Shown here in pieces: positions 42,563 to 61,000 of a DNA stretch of 64,000 nucleotides (the stretch's first letter is position 1; each line of letters opens with the position of its first letter). The stretch is from the human T2T-CHM13v2.0 reference genome, Homo sapiens. The position numbers and the translations under genes are program-made. The stretch lies in assembly GCF_009914755.1 (NCBI RefSeq), contig NC_060928.1; one strand, written 5' to 3'. The notes under the pieces are model-generated. The model was not told where the DNA came from and did not search any database. It saw nothing but the letters and a program-made list of their open reading frames with translations.

Positions 42563-45500
42563 GTGGGGGTGAGAAGGGGAGTGAGAGTTGGGGGTGAGAA
42601 TGGGAGTGAGAGTTATGGGTGAGAAGGGCAGTGAGAGTTGGGGGTGAGAAGGAGAGTGAGAGTGGGGGTGAGAAGGGGAATGAGAGTGGGGGTGAGAAGG
42701 GGAGCGAGAGGGGGGGTGAGAAGGGGAATGAGAGTGGGGGTGAGAAGGGGAATGAGAGTGGGGCTGAGAAGGGGAGTGAGAGTGGGGCTGAGAAGGGGAG
42801 TGAGAGTGGGGGTGAGAAGGGGAGTGAGAGTGGGGGTGAGAAGGGGAGTGAGAGAGGGGTTGAGAAGGGGAGTGAGAGTGGGGGTGAGAAGAGGAATGAG
42901 AGTGGGGGTGAGAAGGGGAATGAGAGTGGGGGTGAGAAGGGGAGTGAGAGTGGGGGTGAGAAGGGGAGTGAGAGTGGGGGTGAGAAGGGGAGTGAGAGTG
43001 GGGCTGAGAAGGGGAGTGAGAGTGGGGGTGAGAAGGGGAGTGAGAGAGGGGGTGAGAAGGGAAGTGAGAGTGGGGGTTGAGAAGGGGAGTGAGAGTGGGG
43101 CTGAGAAGGGGAGTGAGAGTGGGGGTGAGAAGGGGAGTGAGAGAGGGGTTGAGAAGGGGAGTGAGAGGGGGTGAGAAGGGGAGTGAGAGTGGGGGTGAGA
43201 AGGGGAGTGAGAGTGGGGCTGAGAAGGGGAGTGAGAGTGGGGGTGAGAAGGGGAGTGAGAGTGGGGGTGAGAAGGGGAGTGAGAGTGGGGCTGAGAAGGG
43301 GAGTGAGAGTGGGGGTGAGAAGGGGAGTGAGAGTGGGGTTGAGAAGGGGAGTGAGAGGGGTTGAGAAGGGGAGTGAGAGTGGGGGTGAGAAGAGGAATGA
43401 GAGTGGGGGTGAGAAGGGGAATGAGAGTGAGGTGAGAAGGGGAGTGAGAGTGGGGGTGAGAAGGGGAGTGAGAGTGGGGCTGAGAAGGGGAGTGAGAGTG
43501 GGGGTGAGAAGGGGAGTGAGAGAGGGGGTTGAGAAGGGGAGTGAGAGAGAGGGTGAGAAGGGGAGTGAGAGTGGGGTTGAGAAGGGGAGTGAGAGAGGGG
43601 TTGAGAAGGGGAGTGAGAGTGGGGGTGAGAAGGGGAGTGAGAGAGGGGTTGAGAAGGGGAGTGAGAGTGGGGGTGAGAAGGGGAGTGAGAGAGGGGTTGA
43701 GAAGGGGAGTGAGAGTGGGGGTGAGAAGGGAAGTGAGAGTGGGGGTGAGAAGGGGAGTGAGAGTGGGGGTTGAGAAGGGGAGTGAGAGAGAGGGTGAGAA
43801 GGGGAGTGAGAGTGGGGGTGAGAAGGGGAGTGAGAGTGGGGGTGAGAAGGGGAGTGAGAGTGGGGGTGAGAAGGGGAGTGAGAGTGGGGGTGAGAAGGGG
43901 AGTGAGAGTGGGGGTTGAGAAGGGGAGTGAGAGAGAGGGTGAGAAGGGGAGTGAGAGTGGGGGTGAGAAGGGGAGTGAGAGTGGGGGTGAGAAGGGGAGT
44001 GAGAGTGGGGGTGAGAAGGGGAGTGAGAGTGGGGGTGAGAAGGGGAGTGAGAGAGGGGGTGAGAAGGGGAGTGAGAGAGGGGGTTGAGAAGGGGAGTGAG
44101 AGAGAGGGTGAGAAGGGGAGTGAGAGTGGGGGTGAGAAGCGGAGTGAGAGTGGGGGTGAGAAGGGGAGTGAGAGAGGGGTTGAGAAGGGGAGTGAGAGTG
44201 GGGGTGAGAAGGGGAGTGAGAGTGGGGGTGAGAAGGGGAGTGAGAGTGGGGGTGAGAAGGGGAGTGAGAGTGGGGGTGAGAAGGGGAGTGAGAGAGGGGG
44301 TGAGAAGGGAAGTGAGAGTGGGGCTGAGAAGGGGAGTGAGAGTGGGGGTGAGAAGGGGAGTGAGAGTGGGGGTGAGAAGGGAAGTGAGAGTGGGGGTTGA
44401 GAAGGGGAGTGAGAGAGAGGGTGAGAAGGGGAGTGAGAGTGGGGGTGAGAAGGGGAGTGAGAGAGGGGTTGAGAAGGGGAGTGAGAGTGGGGGTGAGAAG
44501 GGGAGTGAGAGAGGGGTTGAGAAGGGGAGTGAGAGTGGGGGTGAGAAGGGGAGTGAGAGTGGGGGTGAGAAGGGGAGTGAGAGTGGGGGTGAGAAGGGGA
44601 GTGAGAGTGGGGGTGAGAAGGGGAGTGAGAGTGGGGGTGAGAAGGGGAGTGAGAGTGGGGGTGAGAAGGGGAGTGAGAGTGGGGGTGAGAAGGGGAGTGA
44701 GAGAGGGGTTGAGAAGGGGAGTGAGAGTGGGGGTGAGAAGGGGAGTGAGAGTGGGGGTGAGAAGGGGAGTGAGAGTGGGGGTGAGAAGGGGAGTGAGAGT
44801 GGGGGTGAGAAGGGGAGTGAGAGTGGGGGTGAGAAGGGGAGTGAGAGTGGGGGTGAGAAGGGGAGTGAGAGAGGGGGTGAGAAGGGGAGTGAGAGTGGGG
44901 GTGAGAAGGGGAGTGAGAGAGGGGGTGAGAAGGGAAGTGAGAGTGGGGGTGAGAAGGGGAGTGAGAGTGGGGGTTGAGAAGGGGAGTGAGAGAGGGGTTG
45001 AGAAGGGGAGTGAGAGTGGGGGTGAGAAGGGGAGTGAGAGTGGGGGTGAGAAGGGGAGTGAGAGTGGGGGTGAGAAGGGGAGTGAGAGGGGGTGAGAAGG
45101 GGAGTGAGAGTGGGGGTGAGAAGGGGAGTGAGAGTGGGGTGAGAAGGGGAGTGAGAGAGGGGGTGAGAAGGGAAGTGAGAGTGGGGGTGAGAAGGGGAGT
45201 GAGAGAGGGGGTGAGAAGGGAAGTGAGAGTGGGGGTTGAGAAGGGGAGTGAGAGAGAGGGTGAGAAGGGGAGTGAGAGTGGGGGTTGAGAAGGGGAGTGA
45301 GAGAGAGGGTGAGAAGGGGAGTGAGAGTGGGGGTGAGAAGGGGAGTGAGAGTGGGGGTGAGAAGGGGAGTGAGAGTGGGGGTGAGAAGGGGAGTGAGAGA
45401 GGGTGAGAAGGGAAGTGAGAGTGGGGGTTGAGAAGGGGAGTGAGAGAGAGGGTGAGAAGGGGAGTGAGAGAGGGGTTGAGAAGGGGAGTGAGAGTGGGGG

Positions 45501-45787
45501 TGAGAAGGGGAGTGAGAGTGGGGGTGAGAAGGGGAGTGAGAGTGGGGGTGAGAAGGGGAGTGAGAGAGGGGTTGAGAAGGGGAGTGAGAGTGGGGGTGAG
45601 AAGGGAAGTGAGAGTGGGGGTTGAGAAGGGGAGTGAGAGAGGGGTTGAGAAGGGGAGTGAGAGAGGGGTTGAGAAGGGGAGTGAGAGTGGGGGTGAGAAG
45701 GGGAGTGAGAGTGGGGGTGAGAAGGGGAGTGAGAGAGAGGTTGAGAAGGGGAGAGAGAGTGGGGGTGAGAAGGGGAGTGAGAGTGGA
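42563..45787. repeat. 24-bp G-rich minisatellite (GAGAAGGGGAGTGAGAGTGGGGGT), about 134 copies
   Basis: Directly visible tandem array with 22-25 bp variant units. Confidence 0.98.
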
Positions 45788-46819
45788 CCCTGGGAAGTGT
45801 GTTCCCCCGTGTAGACACTCATCCCTTGCACTGCTCAGGGTGGGGTCTCGCTGCTTCGGCCTTTGACCTCGTGATAACGACATTCTTTGGATATGAAGGT
45901 GTCCCCACAGAACCTGCCACCATTCCTTAAGCTGTTCCTTATCCTCCCTTGTTAATTCCTCTCCAAATCCCTGTCTTTCCCCCCTTTCCTGAGGGGCCCA
46001 TTTCCCCGGGAGATAGCTATTCCAAGCGGAATCTGCTTCTCCACCTCTTCGAACTTGGCTAGAAGAGGTAGGAAGGACATCAGGAGGAATCTTCTGCATC
46101 GGACTGCAATTTGCTTTATTTTTAAATTTTCTTCCTCCTGGAGCACTTTAAAAATAAAATATTGCCAATCTCTTATGCTGAAATCTGATATCCAAAACAA
46201 CTTCAGATAAGATCTTTATCTACTCTTTTGCTCTGATTATTCCCAACTTCCTGGTGTACCTCCCCCTGCCCCTGCCACAATCAACCTATTATGCTTGGAG
46301 AGTACCGGTACCTTATCTGACCTTAGATTACTTTACAAGGCCCTCTTACACTAAGTAACTGAAGAATGTGGCCAATCCAGCCTTCTATATTCTTGGATTT
46401 ATCCCTGGCTTGTACCTTGGAAGGATGAGATCCAATACGCCACCATAGGAAAATGAAAAAATGCTGAAATGTGCAAAGGTTAAAATAAAAATTGCATGCA
46501 ATTTTACAACATGCAGATAACCAGTGCTTATATTTTTGTGTATATTTTTCTAACCCTTTGTTTTTTAATGTATGTATGTTTTTAACAAAATGAAAAAAAG
46601 GTTACCTTAATATTACATAGTGAACTTCCTTCAATCATTAGATAGTTCTTTAAAATATGAACTTTTATATTCCTAAATGTATAAGCATGTGTCTTCTACA
46701 AATTAGCACATTTTATTACATTTCTTATGCAAAAATCTACATTCAATAAATGATACGATATTATCTAATAAACACTTCATATAAAAATTTCTCACTTGTC
46801 CTTGTAATGTTCTTTATAG

Positions 46820-47573
<754 letters not shown>

Positions 47574-47965
47574 TAATTTATGTAATCATTCCACTATTGT
47601 GCAGCATTCAGATTTTCTGTTGGTAACTATTATACCTCCCACTGTGGTGAACACAGTGCACATAAGCCCCTGGGTGTCTCTCTAATTCTTCCCCAAGTGT
47701 GTCTCCGGCAGGCAGGAAAGCTTACTGTGTGTCCTGCACCGTGTGCGTGTTGGTTGTACCCTCCCTTCGTTCTACCTGCACTGCAAGGCGTCCCAAAGGC
47801 TTCCCTCACACCCCCACACCGAAGGGACAGACACACTAGTTCCAGACCAGAGAAAGACCATGTTTGCCCCTGCCTTGCGGTCTCACCAGAGCATTGCGTT
47901 TATTCCCCAAGAAACTACACTGAGTGGAATTGGAGTAGGGCTTAGACTTTGAAACTAGACACTCA

Positions 47966-48680
<715 letters not shown>

Positions 48681-48766
48681 TTAGCCAGATACGAAGATGA
48701 AGCACAAAGGCAGTAAAGCCAGGTCTGCTGGGTTCAAATCTCAGCTCCACCACTCACCACTTACTA

Positions 48767-49273
<507 letters not shown>

Positions 49274-49753
49274 CTACACTAGCATGACGCTGTTTGAGGT
49301 TTTAGACACTGCCCTGATTCCTCACAGTTCTGACCAAGAACCTGAAACTGAGGTCGGAATATTGCCTTCTATTCCTCCCATTTCTGCCTGGGGGTCCTGG
49401 TTCTGTCCTTACTGTCCTTACGGAAACTCTACCTCACCAGTTTTGCAATGGCCTCTGTGGGGTCCCCCAGTAACCCTTCTCCCCTACTTCACTTTCTTTC
49501 TGTGCCCTGACCAAGAATCACAGAGTGTCCTGACAGCTCTTCACCCAGCCAGGTGCAAGCTTCTCCCAGCACGCCCAAACCCAAACCGGGCCCAAACCGG
49601 AGTCTCGAACATTCCCAGACACTCATTAAGGTCTCGAGGTTGTCGCCCGAAACACGGAAAGAAACTGGCCCTGGCCCCTAACCAAATTTCTTAAAACTCT
49701 CACATTCCATAATCCCTGAACCCCTCACTGCAGACACACGCAGGTAGAACACC

Positions 49754-50071
<318 letters not shown>

Positions 50072-50084
50072 TAAATACTTTTTA

Positions 50085-50296
50085 AAAATGTAATTTAATT
50101 TTCAGTTCTGGAATGTATGTGCAGGACACGCAGGTTTGTTACATAGGTAAACATGTGCCACGGTGGTTTGCTGAACCTATCACCCCGTCATTTAGGTATT
50201 TAAGCCCCGCATGTATTCACTATTTATCTTGATGTTCTCCCTCCCCCTGCCCCACCGACAGGCCCCAGTGTGTGTTGTTCCCCTCCCTGTGTCCAT
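50085..50296 (-). mobile_element. L1PA 3' end (5'-truncated)
   Basis: GCAGGTTTGTTACATAGGTAAACATGTGCCA..GACAGGCCCCAGTGTGTGTTGTTCCCCTCCCTGTGTCCAT. Confidence 0.9.
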
Positions 50297-50641
50297 ACAG
50301 AGCACCCCTTTCTCTCCAAGGATCGCTGTGGCCTCTGTAAGCTCCCCTCATAACTGCTCTGAACTGAGCACCCTGCTGATGAGGGCTTCTTTCTTTGGAA
50401 TCCCAATCGACCCCATCCTGGAACAGTTCAGAGTACTCCCTTGTGGGAATTCCCCCGCCGCTGCTTTTGGGGTGATTCCAGCGTTGGGTTGGCTGGACAA
50501 AACAGCCTCGAAGCATACTGCCCCAAATCTGGTCCTTCTGAGTTTCTGATTCCCTCACTCTTCATCTCTTATGACGCCTTCCTAAACATTCCTGAGAGTT
50601 TCAAACATTGTCTTTCATTTGACTCAGGGATTCATCATCCG

Positions 50642-51168
50642 CTTCCTGTTGAAATAGTAAACGCCTCCACATGGACTCACGGGTTCACCTCCTTCCGGTC
50701 TGAACAGTGAACTCCTCCGCATCAACTCACCCATTCACCCCTTCCGGTCTAAACAGTGAACGCCTCCGCATGGACTCACGAGTTCACCTCCTTCCGGTCT
50801 AAACAGTGAACGCCTCCGCATCGACTCACGGGTTCACCTCCTTCCGGTCTGAACAGTGAACTCCTCCGCATGGACTCACGGGTTCACCTCCTTCCGGTCT
50901 GAACAGTGAACGCCTCCGCATCGACTCACGGGTTCACCTCCTTCCGGTCTGAACAGTGAACTCCTCCGCATGGACTCACGGGTTCACCTCCTTCCGGTCT
51001 GAACAGTGAACTCCTCCGCATCGACTCACGGGTTCACCTCCTTCCGGTCTGAACAGTGAACTCCTCCGCATGGACTCACGGGTTCACCTCCTTCCGGTCT
51101 GAACAGTGAACTCCGCATCGACTCACGCGTTCACCTCCTTCCGGTCTAAATGGTAAACTCCTCTGCAT
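50642..51168. repeat. 50-bp CpG-rich minisatellite, about 10 copies
   Basis: Unit TSGACTCACGGGTTCACCTCCTTCCGGTCTGAACAGTGAACKCCTCCGCA recurs at 50771, 50821, 50871, 50921, 50971, 51021, 51071. Confidence 0.97.
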
Positions 51169-52029
51169 TGTAAGTCAGTGTCTAGAGTGGTGATTTGCTT
51201 TCTGGGGTGTGTTTTTCACAGTGATGGTGGATCCACAAATTTCAAACAAATTCTTTCTCCACCAGTTCTGTTCGGTTCTATTTTGGTGGGGCCCACGCGT
51301 CATCACAGAGTATCTGGGAGCCCTGCCCTCTTGCAGATGGGAATGAAGGCCCAGGTGCTCTGGAGAGGTGACTCTCCTCTAGGTGAGGGGTGTGTGTGTG
51401 AGAGGAGTGAGGTGCGGTGTGGGAGGGTCCTTGCAGGGTCCGGCTGCTTTCGGAGGCTGTTTTTCTCAGCTCCCCGTTTTGTCCCTCCAAATTGTGCCCC
51501 TCTCCTTCCAATTGTCACTCTCCTTTCCCCCAACCCTCCCTGTCTCCCAGTTGTCTCGCTTCTCAGAAAGGAAACACTGGTTCTGTAAACCTGTTTGAGA
51601 AGAAAAGCTCGAGGTTTCTTGGCCTCTCTGCTTCTGGAGCCAGGGGAAAAAATAGCCCCAGGCTGAAGACAGGAGGGACCAGATTGCTGCTTGGTGATGC
51701 GATCTCACTGCAGAGGCAGCCAGGAGACCCTCCTGAGACGAATCGGAGAGTCCATGCTGCTTTTACACACATCCTAGTTCTTTTATAACTAGCCTTTTCC
51801 TATTAACGGACATCATTCAAAAGCCAGTTTTAAGCAACATAAATATTGAAAACAATACTATACTATTTAGAATTAATTATAAGTTTTGTTTTTAAAGCCT
51901 AAATCTTTTATTGTTGTTTGAACCCTGGGCACTGAAGCTAATAATGTAACTTTTCTCCCTTCTTTCTTCTTTGGCATAGATTTAAAGAACTGTTAGACTC
52001 ATTTAAAATGCTATTAGGCATTTTAAAGA

Positions 52030-52190
52030 GTAATTGTTAAATGTGTTGTCTCTTGTGGGACTGGAAATGTTCTGTTCTTATCTGGCGCTGGTTACATCCT
52101 GTTTTTCATTTGGGAAAGTGCATTGAGCTGGAAATTTATATGTTCAATTTCTGTATGTAAATTGTACTTCAGTAAAAATTTTCAAAAAAG
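52030..52190 (+). mobile_element. L1ME-like 3' end
   Basis: CTGGAAATGTTCTGTTCTT..GGTTACA..TGTATGT..TACTTCAGTAAAAA. Confidence 0.6.
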
Positions 52191-52223
52191 TGGCTGCCTT
52201 TTATAGCAGGTGTCCCATGCGCA

Positions 52224-52254
<31 letters not shown>

Positions 52255-52269
52255 TTTTAAGAAGATGAC

Positions 52270-52963
<694 letters not shown>

Positions 52964-52979
52964 TCATTTTAAAACTCCA

Positions 52980-53298
52980 TTTTATTTATATATTTATTTA
53001 TTTATTGAGACAGAGTCTCACTCTATCACCCAGGCTGGAGTGCAGTGGTGCAATCTCTGCTCACTGCAACTTCTGCCTCCCAGGTTGAGGGGATTCTTGT
53101 GCCTCCGCCTCCCGAATAGCTGGAATTTCAGGCACGTGCCACTATGCCCAGCTAATTTTTTTTTTTTTTGTATTTTTAGTAGAGAATGGGGTTTTGCCAT
53201 GTTGGCCAGGCTGGTCTCGAACTCCTGTCCTCAAGTGGTCTGCCCACCTTGGCCTCCCAAAGTGCTGAGATTACAGGTGTGAGCCGCTGTGCCTGGCC
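52980..53298 (-). mobile_element. AluS
   Basis: Alu consensus. Confidence 0.93.
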
Positions 53299-53339
53299 CA
53301 GCACTCTGTATTATTTAATTTTTAAAAATCCATGTAGGT

Positions 53340-53740
<401 letters not shown>

Positions 53741-54270
53741 CTACTATAAGGAAGAGGCTGAGAATGTCTTTAAAAAGAGCAGGCTGTGGAAGATCTAGTT
53801 GGTAGATCTTAGTTAGTATTCTGCTCTAGAAATCAGATTCTATTTTATCCGCCTCTTCTCATCTCCACCGCTTTTATCTTCCACTTCATGGATAAGATCT
53901 TGGCTCTGTGTTTGGATTCAGATGCTTATCTTTTCCCAGAAGCTTGGCCCTCTGGGGACTGTCATCCTGCCTTCCTCCCCTGATGGGTAATGGCTGATGG
54001 CTGCAGCTTTGTGCTTAGACGAGCAGCCACTGAGCCAGGCTGAGCTGCTGCTGGGCAGCCTCGGTGTGCATATGCAATCAAGGCAAAGAGAATAGCTATG
54101 ACTGCAAGTCTCTTCTATGCATATGTCCTTTCTCGCTAATAACGATGATGATCTCTTGGATAACATATCCCAGATATTTCATGAATTCTCACATTTATGA
54201 AACGTCTGTAACAGGCCAAGTATGTGTATAACAGTTACACTACTTTTAGAAGGGTTAAAGAAGTTGCCTA

Positions 54271-54684
54271 GGCCGGGTGTGGTGGTTCATGCCTGTAATC
54301 CCAGTGCTTGGGGAGGCCAAGGCAGGAGGATCACTTTAGGCCAGGAGTTGAAGATTAGCCTGGGCCACATAGTGAGACCTCCAATTCTACAAAAATAAAA
54401 TATATTAGCCGGCTGTTGCGGCACATGCCTGTTGGCCTAGAACTCAGGAGGCTGAGGAGGGAGGATCACTTGAGGCTAGGAGTTCAAGACCAGCTTGGGC
54501 AATATAGTGAGACCCTCATCTCTACAAAAATAAAATAAATTAGCCGGATGTGGTGGCACATGCCTGTAGTCGCAGCTACTTGGGAGGGCAGGAGGAAGTC
54601 GAGGCTACAGTGAGCCATAATTGCGCTACTGCACTCCAGCCTGGGTGACAGAGCAAGACTGTGTCTCCATAAGTAAATAAATAA
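54271..54684 (+). mobile_element. Three-armed AluJ-like element
   Basis: Two left-type arms followed by one right arm. Confidence 0.85.
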
Positions 54685-55390
54685 CCAGGCCGGTTGAAAC
54701 AGCATTTGAATCAAGATGGTGGTCAATAGAATGCTGGGAACCACTGTGTTATTTTAATGATACTAAATTTGCTCATACAGAATTTCTATGAGAAAAAAAA
54801 TCACAGGGGGAAGGAATAAGATGTTACAAGAGACCCAATTTTTTTCTTTCTCATGTTTCAGTTTCCTTCCTCTTTTTCTCCATTTTGCATTTGGTTGACC
54901 AGCACAGAAAAAAAAATTTTTTTCTAAAAAGCAAATTTATAAAAGTAAATTTATTTACTTTTTGGGGAACAAAATGTAGAATCTTAAAATGGCAGCAAAG
55001 TTTAGTCATAAAACAGAATCAGTAGAGTAAAATCTCACATTCTTGGTTATTAATTAACCAGAGGGTCCCATGAGTATTGCAAGCCAAGTATCAGTGCTCT
55101 GGACTTGAAATAACCAATAGTTTTCTCAATAGGGCTGAGGGTTTGCCGACTGCTGATTGATATTCATCAGCAAACCCCTGACATCCTGGTGTCAACATCT
55201 TAGGTAGCAGATGTTAACCTCTGGAACATTAATAAAAGGTGGTAGATCAAGGCCATACTGATGAGAAATTGGGGTATTATGGGAAGTCAGTCATTAAGAA
55301 GAATTATCCCTATAGTTTATAAGGATATATTTTATACATGTTTATCATTTTACCACCTTGTGAAAGGTCATTTTTAAAAAAGACCAAGAT

Positions 55391-55989
<599 letters not shown>

Positions 55990-56254
55990 GACCAAGATGA
56001 CTTTCGTCTTTTTCTTCTTTTGAGATCTACACAGGAACAGCTTTGAGGGCTGCTGTGCCTACACCTCAGCAGAGAGAAAAGACCACTGTTGGAGAAAGTT
56101 GTTAATTAAGGAACTTATTAAATGATAGAAACAAAGGAAAGGAAAACAATTTTGTCAATTTGGGCCAATGCTGACGAGCTAATTATTTTGCTAACCGAGA
56201 TTCAAGGAGAGGAAAGAAAATCAATGAGCTGAAAAGGCATCTTATTTAATCTAA

Positions 56255-56919
<665 letters not shown>

Positions 56920-57187
56920 TAAATTTTCTTTTTCTGAAAGAAATAATGAAACCTCATTAAGTCACTATGTGCTAACTGGATGTTGATGATCTCATAATAG
57001 GTAAAGGCCAGGTGCTATACCAAAGATAACCCCAAATAGTGTAGATTAAACAGCAGAAAACTTTCTCTCAGGTAACCTTTCTTGGTGAATTAGTGGTCTC
57101 TGCTCCACAGAGTCATTCAGGAACTGGGACTAGCAGAGTGTCTCCGCCACACCCAGCACAGGGTTTTAAAGTCAGCTTCAGTCATGA

Positions 57188-57578
<391 letters not shown>

Positions 57579-57799
57579 AGAGGCTGTTCTTTACCCGGAT
57601 GACGCAGAAGCTTCAGCATCTCCTTGCCTCAGGTTCCACTGCTCATCCGGTCCAGGTGTCTGCGAAAATGGCTAGGTATTGGGTGCAGCCAAGCGCTAAG
57701 AGGAGAGCACATTTAGGGACCCCAGCAACCTCTGCAGCAGCTGCACTAAAACCTCACACACGTTACCTGCTTGACGGGAAAAATGCTTTGAAAAGCGTG

Positions 57800-58123
57800 C
57801 AGGCTTTCAATTCCTTATCCCCCTTGGGCTCAATGTGTTTTGAAAGTCAGGAATTTTTGGTTTATAGAAAAGTAACAAATTACACGCACTCTCCACTGTG
57901 TAGGACCCCAGTGGGGTCCGAGGCAGCACCCTTTACACAAATCGGTCAATATTCCTGGAGTGAAACATAAAAGTATTCATACGAAGTGGGATCAGTAAAG
58001 ACTAAAAGCATCCTCCTGTCAGTGCGGGGCAGGTTGTCTCCGAATACACTTTTTTCCCCCGGATTGAGGAAAACACTTTTTAGGCCTGGATTGATAAATT
58101 GTTGATAAGAAATTACGGAACTG
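57800..58123. mobile_element. MER46C-like Tigger MITE
   Basis: Degenerate TIRs CAGG..CAATTCCTTATC / GATAAGAAATT..GGAACTG; internal GGCAGCACCC, AAGTGGGAT. Confidence 0.65.
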
Positions 58124-58322
58124 AATTAATGGTAAAACCATGTAAGTTAAGCATGATTGAGTAATTTTAAAGCAAAACTTCTAAAGCAATTATAATGACA
58201 CAAGGTCAGATAATTTTTATTTAAGTTCTATCCTTTAAAATTATGGTTCTTTATATATAAATATAGTATTTGTGTGTATGGCAACTACAATAATGACAGG
58301 GTGGCTTAGAATTCTAGGAATA

Positions 58323-58773
<451 letters not shown>

Positions 58774-59299
58774 TTAAAAGGGAGGAAATACATTTGACAT
58801 TGTGGCTGTCATGAGTGCAAGAGAAAGTGGTCAGTGGATGGTGCTAGGAAGCACCATTGTTCTCATCCATAACTGACTCTCACCCAGCTTAACCCCAGGA
58901 CCTCTTCCTATAAGGCTGGAACCCCACTAGACCTTTGCCTCCAAGGGCCGCCCTGAACTTTCCTTTTCCTCCTTTTTGGAAGAGAAACTCGGAAATGCAT
59001 GCGTTTTCATTCGGAGCTTGCTAACCATCCCTCAGTGCTCTCACATTTGGGTGCTGATTTGCGTCTCTGCACTTAGCATCACGCAAAATGTAGAAATGAC
59101 CACTTTTTCCTGATGCCCAAGAAAAACTGGCTGAGATGCAGGAGTATCCCCAAACAGGAACTTGTGCCTGATCAATGTGAGCAGTGTGAATTTGGTCCTC
59201 CCGCTCCGGATGAGCTCAGCTTCACTCCAGGGTCCTATGAGAAGTGAGGGCTGGAAAATCTCTGTGTGAGAAACAGTATCACTTGAGGAAGTCTTAAGG

Positions 59300-59732
59300 C
59301 TTCTTAGAGCAGTTTCAGGTTCGAAGCAAAATTGAGAGAAACATAGAGAGATTTCCCATAAACTCCTGCCTCTGCACACATGCATCCTCCCCCATGATCA
59401 CCTTTGCCCACTAGAGTGGTACCTTTGTCAGAACTGATGAGCCTACACGGGTACATCTTTATTATACAGAGTCCAGGGTTCACACTCGGGTTCACCCTTG
59501 GGCTCAATGTGTTTCAAAAGTGCTGCACATTCCTTGGGTTTGACCAGTGTATAATGACATGCATCCACCACTATCGTATTGTACTGAGTCGTTTCTCTGC
59601 CCTAAAAATCCTCTGTGCTCTACGTATTCATCCTTCTCTACCTAGTAACCCTTGGCAACCATTGATCTCTGTAATGTCTCCATAGCTTTGCCTTTTCCAA
59701 AACACCATATAGTTGGAATCACACAGTATGTC
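59300..59732 (-). mobile_element. L1MC-like 3'UTR fragment
   Basis: TTAGAGCAGTTTCAGGTTC..GCAAAATTGAG..TTTGCCTTTTCCA..ATAGTTGGAATCA. Confidence 0.75.
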
Positions 59733-60004
59733 ACTGACATTTTTTGGAGCAAGGATTTAGTGACTATTCCTTTCTACTAGGATAGACTGCTTCCTTGCCT
59801 ACATCTTCTGCTGTGAGACAGCTTCACAGTCATCTCCATTTTGCTCTTAATGTGGGAAGAGTATTCCCATTTCTCACCATCTGTCCAAGAATACCCAGAG
59901 ATGCCTGACAACTGAAAACAGCTTATGTTTAATAGCTTGATAGGCTACGATCTGATGGCACGACTCCCTAAGGAGGATCTGATCAGATCGCTCATATGAA
60001 AATA

Positions 60005-61000
<996 letters not shown>

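Noticed and set aside
42563-45787. PRDM9 13-mer (CCNCCNTNNCCNC) or telomeric repeats in the minisatellite
   Set aside because: The registers I checked in the main unit did not match, and there is no TTAGGG
42471-45866. Many long ORFs on both strands (RRGVRVGV, GEKGSESG, SHSPSHPH repeats) as genes
   Set aside because: They are translations of the 24-bp minisatellite; stops are absent because of base composition, and there are no domains or splice structure
50642-51168. CRISPR-like array (repeat with internal palindrome)
   Set aside because: No unique spacers, units are contiguous, no cas genes, primate context
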